64,000 nt of DNA from Botryllus schlosseri. Its lineage: Eukaryota. The position numbers and the translations under genes are program-made. The stretch covers positions 11,596,001-11,660,000 of the forward strand of contig CM119371.1 of the NCBI GenBank assembly GCA_051294905.1, written 5' to 3'. The notes below the pieces were generated by a model. The model was not told the origin of the DNA, made no database searches, and worked only from the letters and a program-made list of their open reading frames with translations. Positions 39,601-52,521 of this stretch are shown one piece after another. How positions within the stretch are numbered: the first letter of the stretch is position 1; each line of letters opens with the position of its first letter.

Positions 39601-40072
39601 GTTTCATCTGAATGTCATGAATCGCAATAAGCAGACGATGGGCCGTCTACAACGGTAAGCCTATGAAGTAACCTACAAACTGTAAAATTCCAACTGAAAA
39701 GTTCACCGACAGTGCTAAATCTACGATACAAACGAAATGCAGATTGACGTTTTCTGACCTAGCGCTACAATTTTTATTTACCTAATTTTGACTTATTTTG
39801 ACATGTTAAAAAAAACCGCCCTGCTTACACTTCACGTGTGCGTCGTATTGTTTTTCAGAATGAACCAATCCTTTCACACCTCTGGCGACGGTGTCACGGT
39901 GCCTTCGCCCGCCCCTAAACTGTCCCGGACGCCTGCCACGTACGGGTCGAAGATGAATGTGGAGTCTGGGGAGGATACGAGAGAAATTTTGGAACAGCAC
40001 GGATTCACGGAGCACTATATTCGCGATCTGGAAGACGAGGGTGTTATCAACAAGCATTCCAGTAAACTTTGA
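33675..40072 (+). CDS. AMACR: Alpha-methylacyl-CoA racemase (CoA-transferase family III), 8 exons, C-terminal PTS1 -SKL
   Basis: GT-AG exons 33675-33817, 34926-35029, 35176-35319, 35476-35547, 36139-36227, 36959-37142, 37962-38151, 39859-40072 give 1140 nt (379 aa). Motifs: [100 protein letters not shown]. Confidence 0.95.
33863..34274. mobile_element. GACTCGAGTC-repeat hAT-type MITE in AMACR intron 1
   Basis: TSD (T/C)ATAGGCC; family members at about 28047-28220, 35920-36045, 36352-36862, 38710-38974, 44350-47618, 49991-50454. Confidence 0.78.
36352..36862. mobile_element. GACTCGAGTC-repeat MITE in AMACR intron 5
   Basis: CAGGGTTGT...ACAACCCTG ends. Confidence 0.8.
39076..39823 (-). mobile_element. 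hAT deletion derivative, same family, in the last AMACR intron
   Basis: TAGGGCG...CGCCCTG ends; reverse-complement similarity to 10407-11245. Confidence 0.8.
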
Positions 40073-40401
40073 CGTGAGCTAGCTGGACGCAATGATTCGA
40101 GCGTTCGAATCTGAAACGTGTTTTAATTCCAATGATTCGGGTCAAATAGTGAGAGATTTTTTCAAGTACTGAAATATTATGTCTCATTCACTAATAGTTG
40201 TATTATCAACAAGAATTATAGTTTCGATGTTTTTTTGACACTGTTGAAGCCTATAAACCCCAATTTAACTCAAGCCAGCTTCAAAAACATGCACTGAAAA
40301 ATTCGAAAATGACTTTTTCTGCGAAGCCATAATCGAACCACGGCATACTTACAAAGTGCAATGTTATAGGTATGTTCGAAAAACTTCCGACTTATATTTA
40401 A

Positions 40402-41322
40402 GGGGACTAGCAACCCAAAAACCTAAATTTTGGATGGCTACCCCCATCACCATGAAATTTTCACATTTGCTAGATGTCGCTATGTTAAAAACAAAAAAAA
40501 CAAAAATTTTCGTTATACCCCACAGATTGTGGATTTTTTTGTATTTCAAAGACAGAAAATGCACCGACACGGGGAATGCAAAATCTCGATATTGTGAAGC
40601 CCTTTTTACGATCTAACGCCTTCTTTAGGAAGTACTAGAACAGTGCCGTGCTATGCTAAAATTTGAAGGATTACATGCAACCCACCTCGGAGAAATTTCA
40701 TTTTGAAATTCACAAATTCAAAAAAATCCAAATTTTTATCATAAATTTGCTGTAAGTTTACTGTGACGTTCTGTACCTCTTGACATGGTAGACCTATGAC
40801 TAAAAACTTTCAGCATAGCACAGGTCTGAATCTCAGCTTTTCAAAAAACCATGAGTGACGCATTTACGACAAATATTTCAAACAAATTTTTGGTTTGCCG
40901 TGATGCAACTTAACAAAATTTTACAATTGAGAAAACGACTATCAAACACTTGAAACATAAAAAGTCAATGAACAGGTGTTACCGATGTAATGATAAGAAT
41001 GACTGCCAGAATGCTAGAATGCCAACTGACAGCAATCAAACAAATTTTTACCCGGAGATATTATAGATAGATGTATTTTATAACTGTCAAACACTATATT
41101 TTATAAAGTCATCGGACGAAACATGCGATCTTTTGGTAGGAACTTGAAAAAAAACACCCCCCTTCAATTATCAAGGGAAAATAAAATCGAAATTTTGCAG
41201 TTTTTAGTTATTGTTTGGGTAAAAAATGGCCATGAGGTGACAGCAGAGATAGGCTACAACGTTAACATTTCTTAGCAGAAAGAAAAATCAAAAATTTTGA
41301 TTTTGTTAGGTTGCTAGTCCCC
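40402..41322. mobile_element. Kolobok-like non-autonomous DNA transposon
   Basis: TTAA on both sides; TIR GGGGACTAGCAACC starts with purines, unlike piggyBac CC ends. Confidence 0.8.
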
Positions 41323-42035
41323 TTAAGGTTCTGTAGCACTGGCAATATTGTCAGTGTAATCGAATAAATGGTACGTGTTTGAATTTTCCACACCATACAT
41401 GTGGTTATAACGTTACAATGAGCAACACTCTACTTGAAACCCTTCTTGCAAATATCTGAAGACAAGGTTTCGGGCTACCGAATGCTATATTATGATCTAT
41501 GCAATTGATTTTGATGATGAATTTTTAAATGAATGAAAATCTATGTTATTATTTTTGTCACCCGCCAATTTAATGAAAGTCGCATCTTGCAATGCCGTTG
41601 ATTCAGGACGGTTAATGATTTGTAGTACAGTACGCCAATGAGAGGTAGAACAGTAATGTAAATAGCAAGGTTCAGCAAAAAGAGAAGTGAATTGAACAGC
41701 ACTGAAAATGAAAAGTGTTGTCTTCGTAAAGCCTGAGAAATTTGCCTCATCGTCACGTAGAACGCACTTCAGGTCGTCGTTCAGGATATCTTGAGGTGGA
41801 CGGGAAGTATTGTGAGAGAGAGCGTAGTTGTGACGATAAGAATCTACCGCGTAGTCGGCGTTGGGTTCGATTCCGCGTCGGGGGTTATCCTGGGCTCCTC
41901 TTCTCCCGCGTTGCTGCCAGAATAAGACCCGATGAAAGAGTGCACTCGCAGGAAATGGAAAGATCAGCGGGATAGAGACCAACATCGAAAAAGAAATTGT
42001 GAAATCGGGCCGAGTTGGATGGTAAGTTATCTATA

Positions 42036-42396
42036 GTGGAACAGTATCCCGCCGGCCATCCGACAGTCGACGAGCATACGTCCACATTCAAGTCGAAATA
42101 CAAGAAAATACTACTAAGTGAATATTACTCCATCCTCAAGATTGCCGGACCACGACTGACGTACCGATCCATGACATGCCATCCCATTTCTTGCTGCTTG
42201 CCTTTTTCTATACTCTCTTTACTTTTCATTCAGTGTGCATGCCTCCTCTTTACATCGCCCAGGCCAAGGTGGGTCTCTGATTCAATAGCTAGACTACTCC
42301 AAGTCGCTTCGAAACCGTCCTATCTTTTCATTGTATCGCATTTTTGTGGTGTATTGAACCGATAAAATTGCTAATAAACCAATGATGTTGATAATA
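42036..42396 (+). mobile_element. 3' end fragment of the same LINE family as 56520-57910
   Basis: Closely similar to 57540-57910 (gtggaacagtatcccgccggccatccgacagtcgacgagc...aataaaccaatgatg). Confidence 0.85.
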
Positions 42397-45017
42397 AGTC
42401 ATGTTTTCAATGATACCAAATCCGGCTCTCTCCAATTGGGTGACCGAAGAAGGTTCATCAACAATTAGGGTTACCTCTCTTTTTCAGGTCTTTGAAAATG
42501 TCGTCCGAGGACGCCTACATGTCCACCTTGTTGGCAAATTTGTCCTCCTTTACAGCTTCTACAGCTAGGATATGGACATTGGACAGGTCGGTGTGAAAAT
42601 CGGCATGAATGACGCTAAATAGGTAATATGAGCGGGTCGTTCGGGAGTCAATTGAAAGTGACAACCTTCTTTGTCATTCAACTCCACAAATTCTCCAGCA
42701 AAATTGGCAAACTCGCCTGTTTTCAGTCTTGATCAACTGACTATTTGATTTGGTAAAAGTAGCCTACTTTCCCGATTCCAAAATATGGTAACAATAATCA
42801 ATAGGTTGGCCATCACTGTCATATATCAATTCAAATTGTGCGCGCACACCATCGTGGTCGTTTGTGGGTGATCCTAGGGCAAGTTTTTGCAACTTTTGCA
42901 ACTTTTTTACAGCTTCCGGCAGCTTCCTAGATACTCGTATACTAAGATATGTAGAATGCTGTTCTAAGCTGTTTGAAGGAATCTTGTAGTGCAACTTTTT
43001 GCAACATTTTGCAAAGCTGTCTCGATTTTTCATGAAAGTATTTTCGATTTTGGTGAAATACACGGCGGAATTCGACTGAAACACCGTAAATCAGCACCGA
43101 AGTAACGCTCTTACGGGTATTTCGGGAGCTGAGTTGTGGTCAAAATGCATCTTCTGCTACTTTTTAACTTTTTTCAAAAATAAATGCAACTTTCCACGGA
43201 TTTAGCTGCAACAAAAACTTGCCCTAGCGATGACAATGAAAAATATACATCAGTCGTGTTTCTTCACATGGACGTTTTCCCGACCAGTGCTCGGTATAGT
43301 TTAGGCTCAGGTAGCCTATACCCATTACAGCTGTTGTACTTTGGCACTCATTATGCGTTTTATTACTTTTTATATAATTATAGACATAGGATGTGGGCTT
43401 TTTAAGAGGAATTTCCAGTTTCTATCGGATTAGGATCAAGATAAGGATTGGAATAACAAAATATCTGGATTAGGACTGGGATGAGGATTTGAAGCTTTGA
43501 TTGGATAGAGTAGGACATATAAATCTCAAATCCGCTCATCTCTGGCATCATAGGCGCTGAGTTTCAGGGGGGCGGGGGGCGCAGCCATCCCCTGAAACAT
43601 TTATGGGGTGGCGGCCACCCCATACAACAAGATTAAACGCCCGCCGTCTGCGATCTCAAATCATCAGCGCTGTCAATTAGCGAGTCCGTTGTAGCGTGAG
43701 AATGCCAACTATTTACTATTAACCGATACCCGCGCGAATATTTGAATAAGCAGCTTCGTTGGCGGCGACGAACTAGTGCTTAAAACACCGCAATAAATTG
43801 TAATCCGTGATTAGTAATTAGATAATCAAAGCAGCCATGTTCACGACTTCGATTTCTTTACGCTTGAGCTGAGAAACACCATCTTCTCTCTCGACCAGGA
43901 GCGAGTTCACGTGCTCCTTCTCCTGATTAAATTGTATTTGCGCCCATATTCGTTTACAAAATAATTCTTGAGTGAGGTCCCTGATAGTCTCTTTAATTAA
44001 AGGCTTGGAGCGCGGAATAGGACGGTGTGTTTGTGTATGGCTGCGAATTGAAAGTTCATTCCTGCGCAGAGTGCGCATATTCATTACTCCAACAACTAAC
44101 TTCCATTGGGAAATGCGACAATGCCGCTCAAACGTCGTTACAATTAGCAAACAAATGTCACGATGTCAGACTTGGAACCCCATTGTGCTGTACGCAAGTT
44201 GAGAAATTACTGATTAGATGCGCGCTTTCTCGTTTGCTATCATCTGCACTCGGCAGGCTACTAATTCGTGTCTGCTTTATACACTCGTATTCCCTCAGTG
44301 TGACTTGACAGTCTTTGATTTATCATTAATACAGCGCATTGTTCAGTGCACGGCGTTGAATTACGAGTCACGGTTTTCTGATGACTCGACTTGACTCGAG
44401 TCATTTTCTCAAAATACGAAAATGACGCGACTCGAGTCAATATGTTTATTGACTAGACTTGGACCCGAGTCATGGCGCATGACTCGAACCAAGTCATATG
44501 ACTCGAGAATCGGTAGTCAGACGGCCAAGACCGACATTTCATTGTAATTTTGAAGAATAGTAAATGTACCACCCAATCCGGATTTCGTCAATTGGTATGG
44601 TACTTGAAACTGCGACGAGAAACTGCTAAAATGAGGGAAATTAGTATATTATAAATGCGAACCATTCGATATCACTGAACAGAATTATATAAAGTGGGCT
44701 TAACAAGACTTTAACGGGAAACTGAGCAGTAAACACGAAGACTTGGACTCGGGTCATAATACCGTCACTCGGATTCGACCGCATCTGCTCGCTGACTTGG
44801 ACTCGGCCTTGAATCGGTGGTGAATAGCAAATGACTCGAGTAAAAACTATAAAAGTGAGATTGACTTGTGACTAGGCTTACCATTTTAGAAATCTGAAAA
44901 TAGGGCACTTTTTCAGAAATTCGAGACTTGCAAACCGGTGCAGGAGCCCGTGCTCCTTCTCTCCTATCGGTTATTTAACAATACCACATCACGTGACTTA
45001 TCGCATAGTTATAACTA

Positions 45018-45541
45018 TAGGGCTGGGCACAATGATTCGAGTACTCGAATCTGAATCGAGTATTAATTTTAATGATTCGAGTCGAGTAGTAAAAGTCGAT
45101 TTTTTCGAGTACTGAAATTATACGTTTCTCGCCACTGAAAGTTAATTTATCAACGAGAATTTTCGATACTAATTTTCACTGTTGGAGCCTTGAAACATTG
45201 ATTGCCCGTATGGTACCATACGTAACATGTATTGTAGTACAAATTTGTTAAGCTACCAACGTTACTGGGAATAGCATGTTTCTGAAGTCATGATCATCCC
45301 ACAACATTGTCACCAAGTGCAATGAAATCGGTATGGTCGAATAATACCAAAGTATCTTTAATGTGATGGATAACAGGCATTATATTCTTTGAGATCGCAT
45401 AAAAGGTACATATTAGAGCTTTGACATATTACATTCTATTATGACGTCATAACGAGTGATACTCGATTACTCGACTCGACTCGAAGCATATTACGTGATT
45501 CAGAATCGAATCACTCAGGTACTCGATTTTGCCCAGCCCTA
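45018..45541. mobile_element. hAT-type MITE, same family as 13947-14461
   Basis: Colinear copy; GTTATAAC on both flanks. Confidence 0.88.
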
Positions 45542-45659
45542 GTTATAACCCAGTGCATATCAAAGATTGACTCAGTGAGACTCATGTACGTTAACTTACT
45601 GCTTATACCCGAATTGATACAACCGTTCGTACAATATATCTGGAAGAGGCAATTGTTTG

Positions 45660-47228
45660 TGTCTATTGTTTGTTTGTTTGTTTTATTGACATAATTGGCG
45701 CTTGTAAACACTTAGGTCATTTGCGCCCGCACAGCACTGGCGTAACAGCATGTGCTGCCGCCCCTGGCTCTCGCTTAAATGCCGATCCCTAAGTAGACAG
45801 CAGCAAATTTTGACATATATTGATTTTCAAACAATCTTGTCAATAAAAATAAGTACAAATAATATGCCGCGTCTCAGCCTCACCGTCTCAACGTTAATAA
45901 GGCCAAAAATAATGCAGACAAGAAACAGCGAACGATTGTATTGTGCAAATAGAAAATCAATAGCCGCCTCAAAACTTAACTTTTCCGACTTTCACTGAAG
46001 CAAAATCAGCGATAATATCCTCAAATTCAAGTTTTTGCACGTATAGTATCTTTCTAGGGACAGAATGGATAGAGTTGATAGCCGATAATCATTCATGGTA
46101 GAACGTGAATAAAACTTGATCAGTTTGAGCTTTGAGAAGCTCCTCTCACAGCTCGCAATTGAAATACCAATAAAGTTTCAGACACGAGCATAAATATGGT
46201 GTCGAATCAAGTAGCTTTGCATTAACTAACCACTGTAAAACATCCAACGCTGGTTTCACTGCTCCGCATCAGCCTCTTAACTCCGTCAATTTCCACAGTT
46301 AACTCCAAAAAGTCCACCTCGTCGTCATAAGTGCTTTTAAAAGCGCTGGTGAATAAATTGTCACTTTCGCTTTGCAGCAGCGCGTGGGGATGGAAAATCC
46401 AAACATATCATTCAAGTGGTGTATGCCGATAAAACTAGTTTCAGCTTCAAGTTTACTTGTCACACCTGAATATCCAGACAAGCCTACTGCTGAGCCAGCT
46501 AAAGGCATAATTGGCCATGGTCATCCTATAGTTGGCCAGGCCCTCCGAGCGCTCAAATTTAACAATACAGATCTTAATCGAAAGCTATTGTTGCCCTGAT
46601 TTCGGAAATACAATTTAAATGCTGGTCTGAAAATCGACATTGTTCCGAATTATCGCTCGATATAATTTCCATTATCATGGTCAATTGGTCAGTGTGTTGC
46701 GGTGCTCCGATGGTTAGGAACAATCGGCCTTGACGGCTATTTTGGAGTGGTTCCATTGTCGTGTTAACATATTACCTCGTGTTTTCGGAATCAGCGCGAC
46801 ACTAGCTTTCGATTGAGACCAGTTTGAATAAATTTCAGCTCACGGGACCCCAGCTATAAGACTACCAATTACGTTTCTTTTAGCCGGCTGCGTACACTGT
46901 GCATGTGCACTGTGTAGCCTCACTTTGCCGCCCCCCTGGCGCAGAGCCAGAACCGCCAAGTGGCTGCTACGCCACTGCCGCACAGTAAACTTCGTAAGGT
47001 CTGTTTTCGCTTCTTTCTTGCGTCCCTTTTCCCGGGCTTTTTCTGCCTTCTTTCAAGAGTTCGGCTTTCTCTTCCGCTAGGCTTTTCAAGGCGCTGTATA
47101 CAGCGGGATCGGCGATGAGGAGCCAAGATAAACCTCCGACACACAGACACATGGCAGAGCCGAGACTCGAACCAGCAACCATTAAGTCATGACTGCAGTG
47201 TTTAACCACCTGCACCACTCGCTTCCCC
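45660..47228 (-). mobile_element. tRNA-derived SINE split by hAT insertion 45735-46977
   Basis: Head agtggtgcaggtggttaa...gctggttcgagtctcggc at 47150-47225; core gtcggaggtttatcttggctcctc; (AAAC)n tail at about 45665-45690. Confidence 0.7.
45735..46977 (-). mobile_element. hAT (Tip100/ZMYM1-like) deletion derivative
   Basis: TIR CA(C/G)TGGCGTA(A/G)CAGC; perfect TSD CCGCACAG; minus strand ~45970-46170 reads SIASCERSFSKLKLIK..SRSTMNDYRLSTLSILSLE..FEDIIADFA. Confidence 0.88.
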
Positions 47229-49413
47229 GTTTGTGACTATTGAACTACAGTCAAGAACTACACTGGACGTTCGTGTCAGCTACTGCCAGTTAAGTATACA
47301 CTGTAATCGCTGAATTTTTCCCACTTTGTGATCGGTTGACTAAAAAAAAGGTCAACTTTCCGCTCAGAGCTCAAATTACCGTTTTCACTCCGAAATACCC
47401 GCCGGAACGTCACTTCTTTGCTAATTTACGGCATATCACTCGCATTTTGCTTTAAATGTGACCTAAATTTTCAAAAAAGTCGACAAAATCTCAAAAAAGA
47501 GGACAAAAAAGGGCGTCATCCGAGGACACTTTCAAAAAAGAGAACAAATCCTCTAAGAGGACGTATATGGTAGCCCTACTTGTGACTCGGAGCCTGCTGG
47601 TGACTTGGCTCAATCCTGTGACTAATACAATTGACTCGCCCAGATGAAGCATCATAATTTATATAACTTGACTGGTCACATGGCATGAGAAAGGATAATT
47701 GATAGCATAATATGCGAAACTACTAATATTAATGACGAAATTCAACTGGTTCGTCGTTCGCCATCCCCCTATATCTGTTCATTATATCGCATTGGGTGTC
47801 TTCCTGTAGGCCTATATGTGTGTCAAGTGTGTGTCTTGGGCAGATGAAAATATAATCTGTCGATTGATTGAACATCTTCGAGCGCCTATACATAAAATAT
47901 CAATAATTTAATAAAAGCAATTCTTTCGGTTTGGTTCGTCTCCATCATCGGGTCATCTGATCGCAGTCGTTGTAGAAGGCGAATTTGTAGTTGAAGTCGT
48001 AGTAGAAGCCGCCGCTAATTGGCGTTCGTATACGTGTATTATTCATATTAAGTCTTTGTAGTCGTAATTTTATCGTTTATGATGGTTGGTATATAATTTG
48101 GGTGGGTATCCCGGCATTTATTCACAACATGACCAGTGACCACTCGTGATTTCGGTGCGTAGTCAGCCTGTATAAAAAAAGTAGATTAGTCCGGAGTTCA
48201 CCAGAAATGGACATGGACATTGGACATAGGCATTTTGACAAGGGTTATTGGCACCCGCAGTTAATTCATTACGACTATGCTAGGGAATGCGGCCGTAAGA
48301 GCTACATAGGTAATCGAAATGTGACCGTGATTGGCAAAAATGTTGGCTACCCCTGGCCAAGACCGTAGAATATTTACAAGAGCTATCCATATTTATGACA
48401 CCTTCATCTACAATAAAGTGCATATTTTCAGATGTCTCTCTGTGACTGTCAAGACGTCAAGTTTGAACAAGTTGTGAAAATGCTTTTCTTGAGATGGAGG
48501 ATTAGGTATGCATATTAAAATCAAGATATCTGGCGCGAAGAACATTTCAATGTTAATTAAATGCATCAAAATACTCGAGAGCTAGGTTGATATAGGCCTA
48601 CGAAACTATCGTGGGCGAATCCAATTGGAGAATATGAGATGCAGAACTTACCGTTTCGGCCAGAATACAAATCGTTAGGTGCGATAAATAGTCAGCTATA
48701 CCGTTGAACAACGGTTATATAGTGACATATCAAGTAACTAACGTCACATTTAAAAAGAAACTTTTTCCCTCATGAGGCCTACTCATCGATGTCGTTACAT
48801 TGTCTTACAACATGCCTTCAAACAGAAGTTACAAGTAAAAAAATGTAACCGGGAATACCTTTCTATGGTAATCGTAATCGACTACTCCGAGATTTTGCTA
48901 TAATCGTAATCGCGTGATTTCCAAGTTATCGTAATCGCAATGGATTGCATTCATGAAGTAATCACTTCATGTCTGGAGGCCTAAACTGCCCAAAATAATG
49001 CAGAAACCATCATCGAATTTTGCGTGTAATAGATTGACGAATATAGGCTGATCAATTGATCAGCTGTTAGCCGACATCGGAAACGAAATAGCTATCGCAC
49101 TCGACAGGAGATTGTAAGCAGAGGCTACAATTTCACGGCGGAAGGAACATTGGAGAACGACTTGACTCAGTAGGATAAACACACTGGAGAGCTGACTCTA
49201 ACGCAGTCGGTTTGCCACCCCTCTCACATTCTCCTCAAAAACCACATTCAATACCAAAATCTCTTTTATTGCAACTTCACATGTCATATATTTCCAGTGT
49301 ACTGTAGCTTCCAAAACGACTTTGTTCATCTTCGCACCGTACACAAATAAACGGAACCGCGTCTTCAAGCAGACAAGTATACCGCAACCCCGACTCAACG
49401 GTCGGCCGTAATC

Positions 49414-49758
49414 TCAGTAAACGTGTACCATTCCATACAGAAACGTCCAAAACAAGATGTACGTGAACAGCGCGCCGAACTGTCCGCTCACGAGCACCGA
49501 CGTTCGCGAAGGGAAATACTTCTGAGCCGGGTTGAAATCAGCTTTGATCATCAGTCCGAGAAACAGGAAGATTGCACAGAAAACGTAAAAGGCGAACCCG
49601 TACAGCCCTGTAAGCCCTAAAATGCCGGCAGTCACACCACCTAAAGCCGATACCCCGGTACGTCCGTACTCCATAATCGCCGCATTTTGGCGTATCGCCA
49701 GTATGTTGACTTGAGTTACAGGCGCGGCCTGTTGCTTATTCGTCTTTTCCTTGCCCAT
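49414..49758 (-). CDS. EMC6: ER membrane protein complex subunit 6
   Basis: 114 aa: [36 protein letters not shown] ... [18 protein letters not shown]. Probable 5'UTR intron (acceptor near 49794, candidate donor near 50667). Confidence 0.95.
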   Translation of the reverse strand: MGKEKTNKQQAAPVTQVNILAIRQNAAIMEYGRTGVSALGGVTAGILGLTGLYGFAFYVFCAIFLFLGLMIKADFNPAQKYFPSRTSVLVSGQFGALFTYILFWTFLYGMVHVY

Positions 49759-49990
49759 GTCGACCTATGCCGTAGGTTATATAGCAACAGTACCTGTCGA
49801 AATACAAAATAAATTTGAGCAATTACATTATGGAAATCTAACGATAGTGATACCATGAGCAGAGACAGTTGCGCGATGAAATTTAGGCTTCCCGTCCTGG
49901 CCTAACATACACTTTTAAACACAATGGCGACTTGGGGTAGGCATAACGATGCTAGTACTCAAATCCGAGTCTAGTATCACCGTCGTGATT

Positions 49991-50454
49991 TACGGTTGTA
50001 ATGACTCGAGTCATTTTTTCAAATGCCTAAAATGACTCGACTCGAGTCAATTTTTGTATTGACTCGACTTGTGCTCGAGTCATTGTGTTGTGACTCGAGT
50101 CCAAGTCCAAGTCATGGTGTTTCCCGTTCAGTTTTGCGTTCAATCAGGTTCAATCCACTTTTTCAACACCGTTCGAGACTTCGAGTGATATAGAATAGCT
50201 CGCATTCATAATGTAGTAATTTTCCCCAGTCCTAACAGTTTCTGGTCCCATTTTCCAAGTATCAGGACTGATAGCAAATAGCAATAATGAAATGGCAATG
50301 TTGTGGTGACTTTACTATTTTTCGAAGTTACATGAAACGTTTGTCTTGAACGTCCAAGTCTCGTCATAAGTCATATGACTTGGTTCGAGTCATGCACAAT
50401 GTCTAAGTACAAGTCGAGTCAATACACAAATTGACTCGAGACATTACAACCTTG
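49991..50454. mobile_element. GACTCGAGTC-repeat MITE upstream of the EMC6 CDS
   Basis: GGTTGTAATG...CATTACAACC ends; similar to 36352-36862. Confidence 0.72.
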
Positions 50455-51675
50455 ACTTCCAAGGCGTCCACGCTGGGTAAAGAAATAAGAGCTATAATTC
50501 TTGCTGATAATATAGTTCTTAGCGGGAATAATATGAGTGCCGATAATATCAGAATCGTCTCACACAGCTCGACTCATTAGCACTGGATATTGATTAGAGT
50601 AATCGAATCTTCGCAACCAGTGCTAACAAGGGCCGTCAATAATTCAAGAAAAGGCACCACGCCATACCTGTACTGAAAATCGCGACGTACCATGCAAAAT
50701 GATACAGCATTTGTGGTGAAAGCGACACGAACTCATTTCAACAAAGAAAAGCCGACATGCGATTGGTGTGCTTGCTAGTTTTGGGATATGTTTGCATGAA
50801 TTTTATGAGTTGAATTGTCATATAGCAACTGGGCAATATAGCCTCTGTATCACCATAACAGAAATAATATTTTCAAAATGATGGCTGTTTGTGGTGTCAG
50901 CTGTCATAGTTATGATGATAAATCTCGTTGCCACCTCCAATTAACCACTGAAAGCATGTGATCCATGCTTCGCCAATTCTACTTTTTGAAAGTGATTCCC
51001 TCGGGACCTTTCAGTTGAAGCTACTTCAACGGCAAGCAGGAAACTACTCAAAGTAGTTTTAAACAGTACACTTTGCGTACTTTTAGCGCATAATCGGAGG
51101 ATACTTTGAAAATTTGAAATGTTAATTAACTGCAAAATTACCACCGACACTACAGATAGTTGTACAATATCCAAAAATACATTCAGTTACCATGCTACAG
51201 AGCCTATTTCACGTGGTTCACACGATAATTCAACTCAGATAAGCGATGTAGGCCTTGCACAAAACTGCTTTCGTCCTTGCCAAACACAAGTGAAAACGTA
51301 CAAAGTTGTTTCAATGCCTAGATAGCTGTTAATATAGAAGTGGACTTAGTTAGGATATATCCACTTGAATAGGTTTCTTGAAGTACAAAACTTCAATACC
51401 GATTGCAACAAACAATCGCTAAATTTATTCAACTCAAAGATAGTGCATTGCTATTTTCGTTCGCGGCTCTGTTCACTTACGGTATCATAATTATCAAGTA
51501 CTTCACAGCGACAAAATTCAATTTGGTTAACCGCATTTACCGATGTTCGCTCCGGAAAGAAAATAAATTTGGCAGAATGAACAATTTGAACATATCATTT
51601 GTTGCGATAGCCACTCGAGTGAGGAGTGCAAGCATGCCAGTTTGAGCCCTCCGAAAGTGACTCTGGTCATGAAAC

Positions 51676-52370
51676 CATAGTGTCCTATATGGTGTGGACG
51701 CAAGCAATTCTCACGGCTTAGTGAAATTGGTCTATGTCACGCAGCACGCTTTCCATTTGGCTAAGGGCAATTTTACGGTAATCGTTGACCGGCTTACCGA
51801 GCGCGACAATGAAAAAAATTGGTATCAATCGAAAGCTACCCCGGTACTGATTGTGAAAATACAAATTTTATTCTGCTCGTGGTCCTGAAAACCCACAAAA
51901 TCAAGGATAAAATAAAGGAGTTTTGTATTGTGACCAATGTCCCTCTAATTCTCCACGAGTCTACACGCACTTACCAACACACTGTGCAGTCCCTTGGATA
52001 ACAGTGCGTAACGACTAAAAGAAAGTCATCACTTCGTTTTTTCACAGGATATTGAGAATTCACACTCTCGTGAACACTTGCTCCTGACCTGCGCTGTATT
52101 ATTCCAGACTGACTTTATGTATCACAATGCCAAACTCCCTCACAATGCAACATTTGAGGCTGATTTTAGAGGGTTCTAGGACCTCGAGCAGAATAAAATC
52201 TATATTTTCGCAATCAGTACCGCGGTAGCTTTCGATTGACACCAATTTCATCTATTTTCACACTTGGCAAGCCAGTCAAAAATTACCGTAAAATTGCCTT
52301 TTGGCAAAATTGAAAGTGTGACGCAGACCAATCGCAGTGAGCCGTGAGATTTGCTTGTGTCCACGCTATG
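51676..52370. mobile_element. Foldback MITE of the 2023-2686 family, containing a fragment of the 190-bp MITE
   Basis: CATAGTGTCCTATATGGTGTGGAC start; inverted arms at about 52160-52365. Confidence 0.75.
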
Positions 52371-52521
52371 ATGACACACTCACTGTTTAAGAAATTGATT
52401 TCTAGATTTTAACACAGTTACAATCCCCTCACAGAATTCCTACCAAGTCTGAACTGAGGATACCCCAGAAAAGGGAGCGATTGCACAAAGCATATATCAA
52501 GGGAAGTCCGCGAAGCGAGAC

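Larger units (their letters stand above)
44873..47578. mobile_element. hAT-type MITE (TAGGG(T/C)TACCA family) enlarged by nested inserts
   Basis: TAGGCTTACCAT...ATGGTAGCCCTA ends; perfect TSD CTTGTGAC. Confidence 0.85.

Noticed and set aside
43818..44150. 110-aa ORF as a host gene
   Set aside because: No ATG start or recognisable domain; lies within probable TE debris starting near 43548.
47150..47228. tRNA gene (also about 1870-1935, 16690-16760, 41820-41880)
   Set aside because: Stems are imperfect and the heads mostly continue into SINE core/body sequence.
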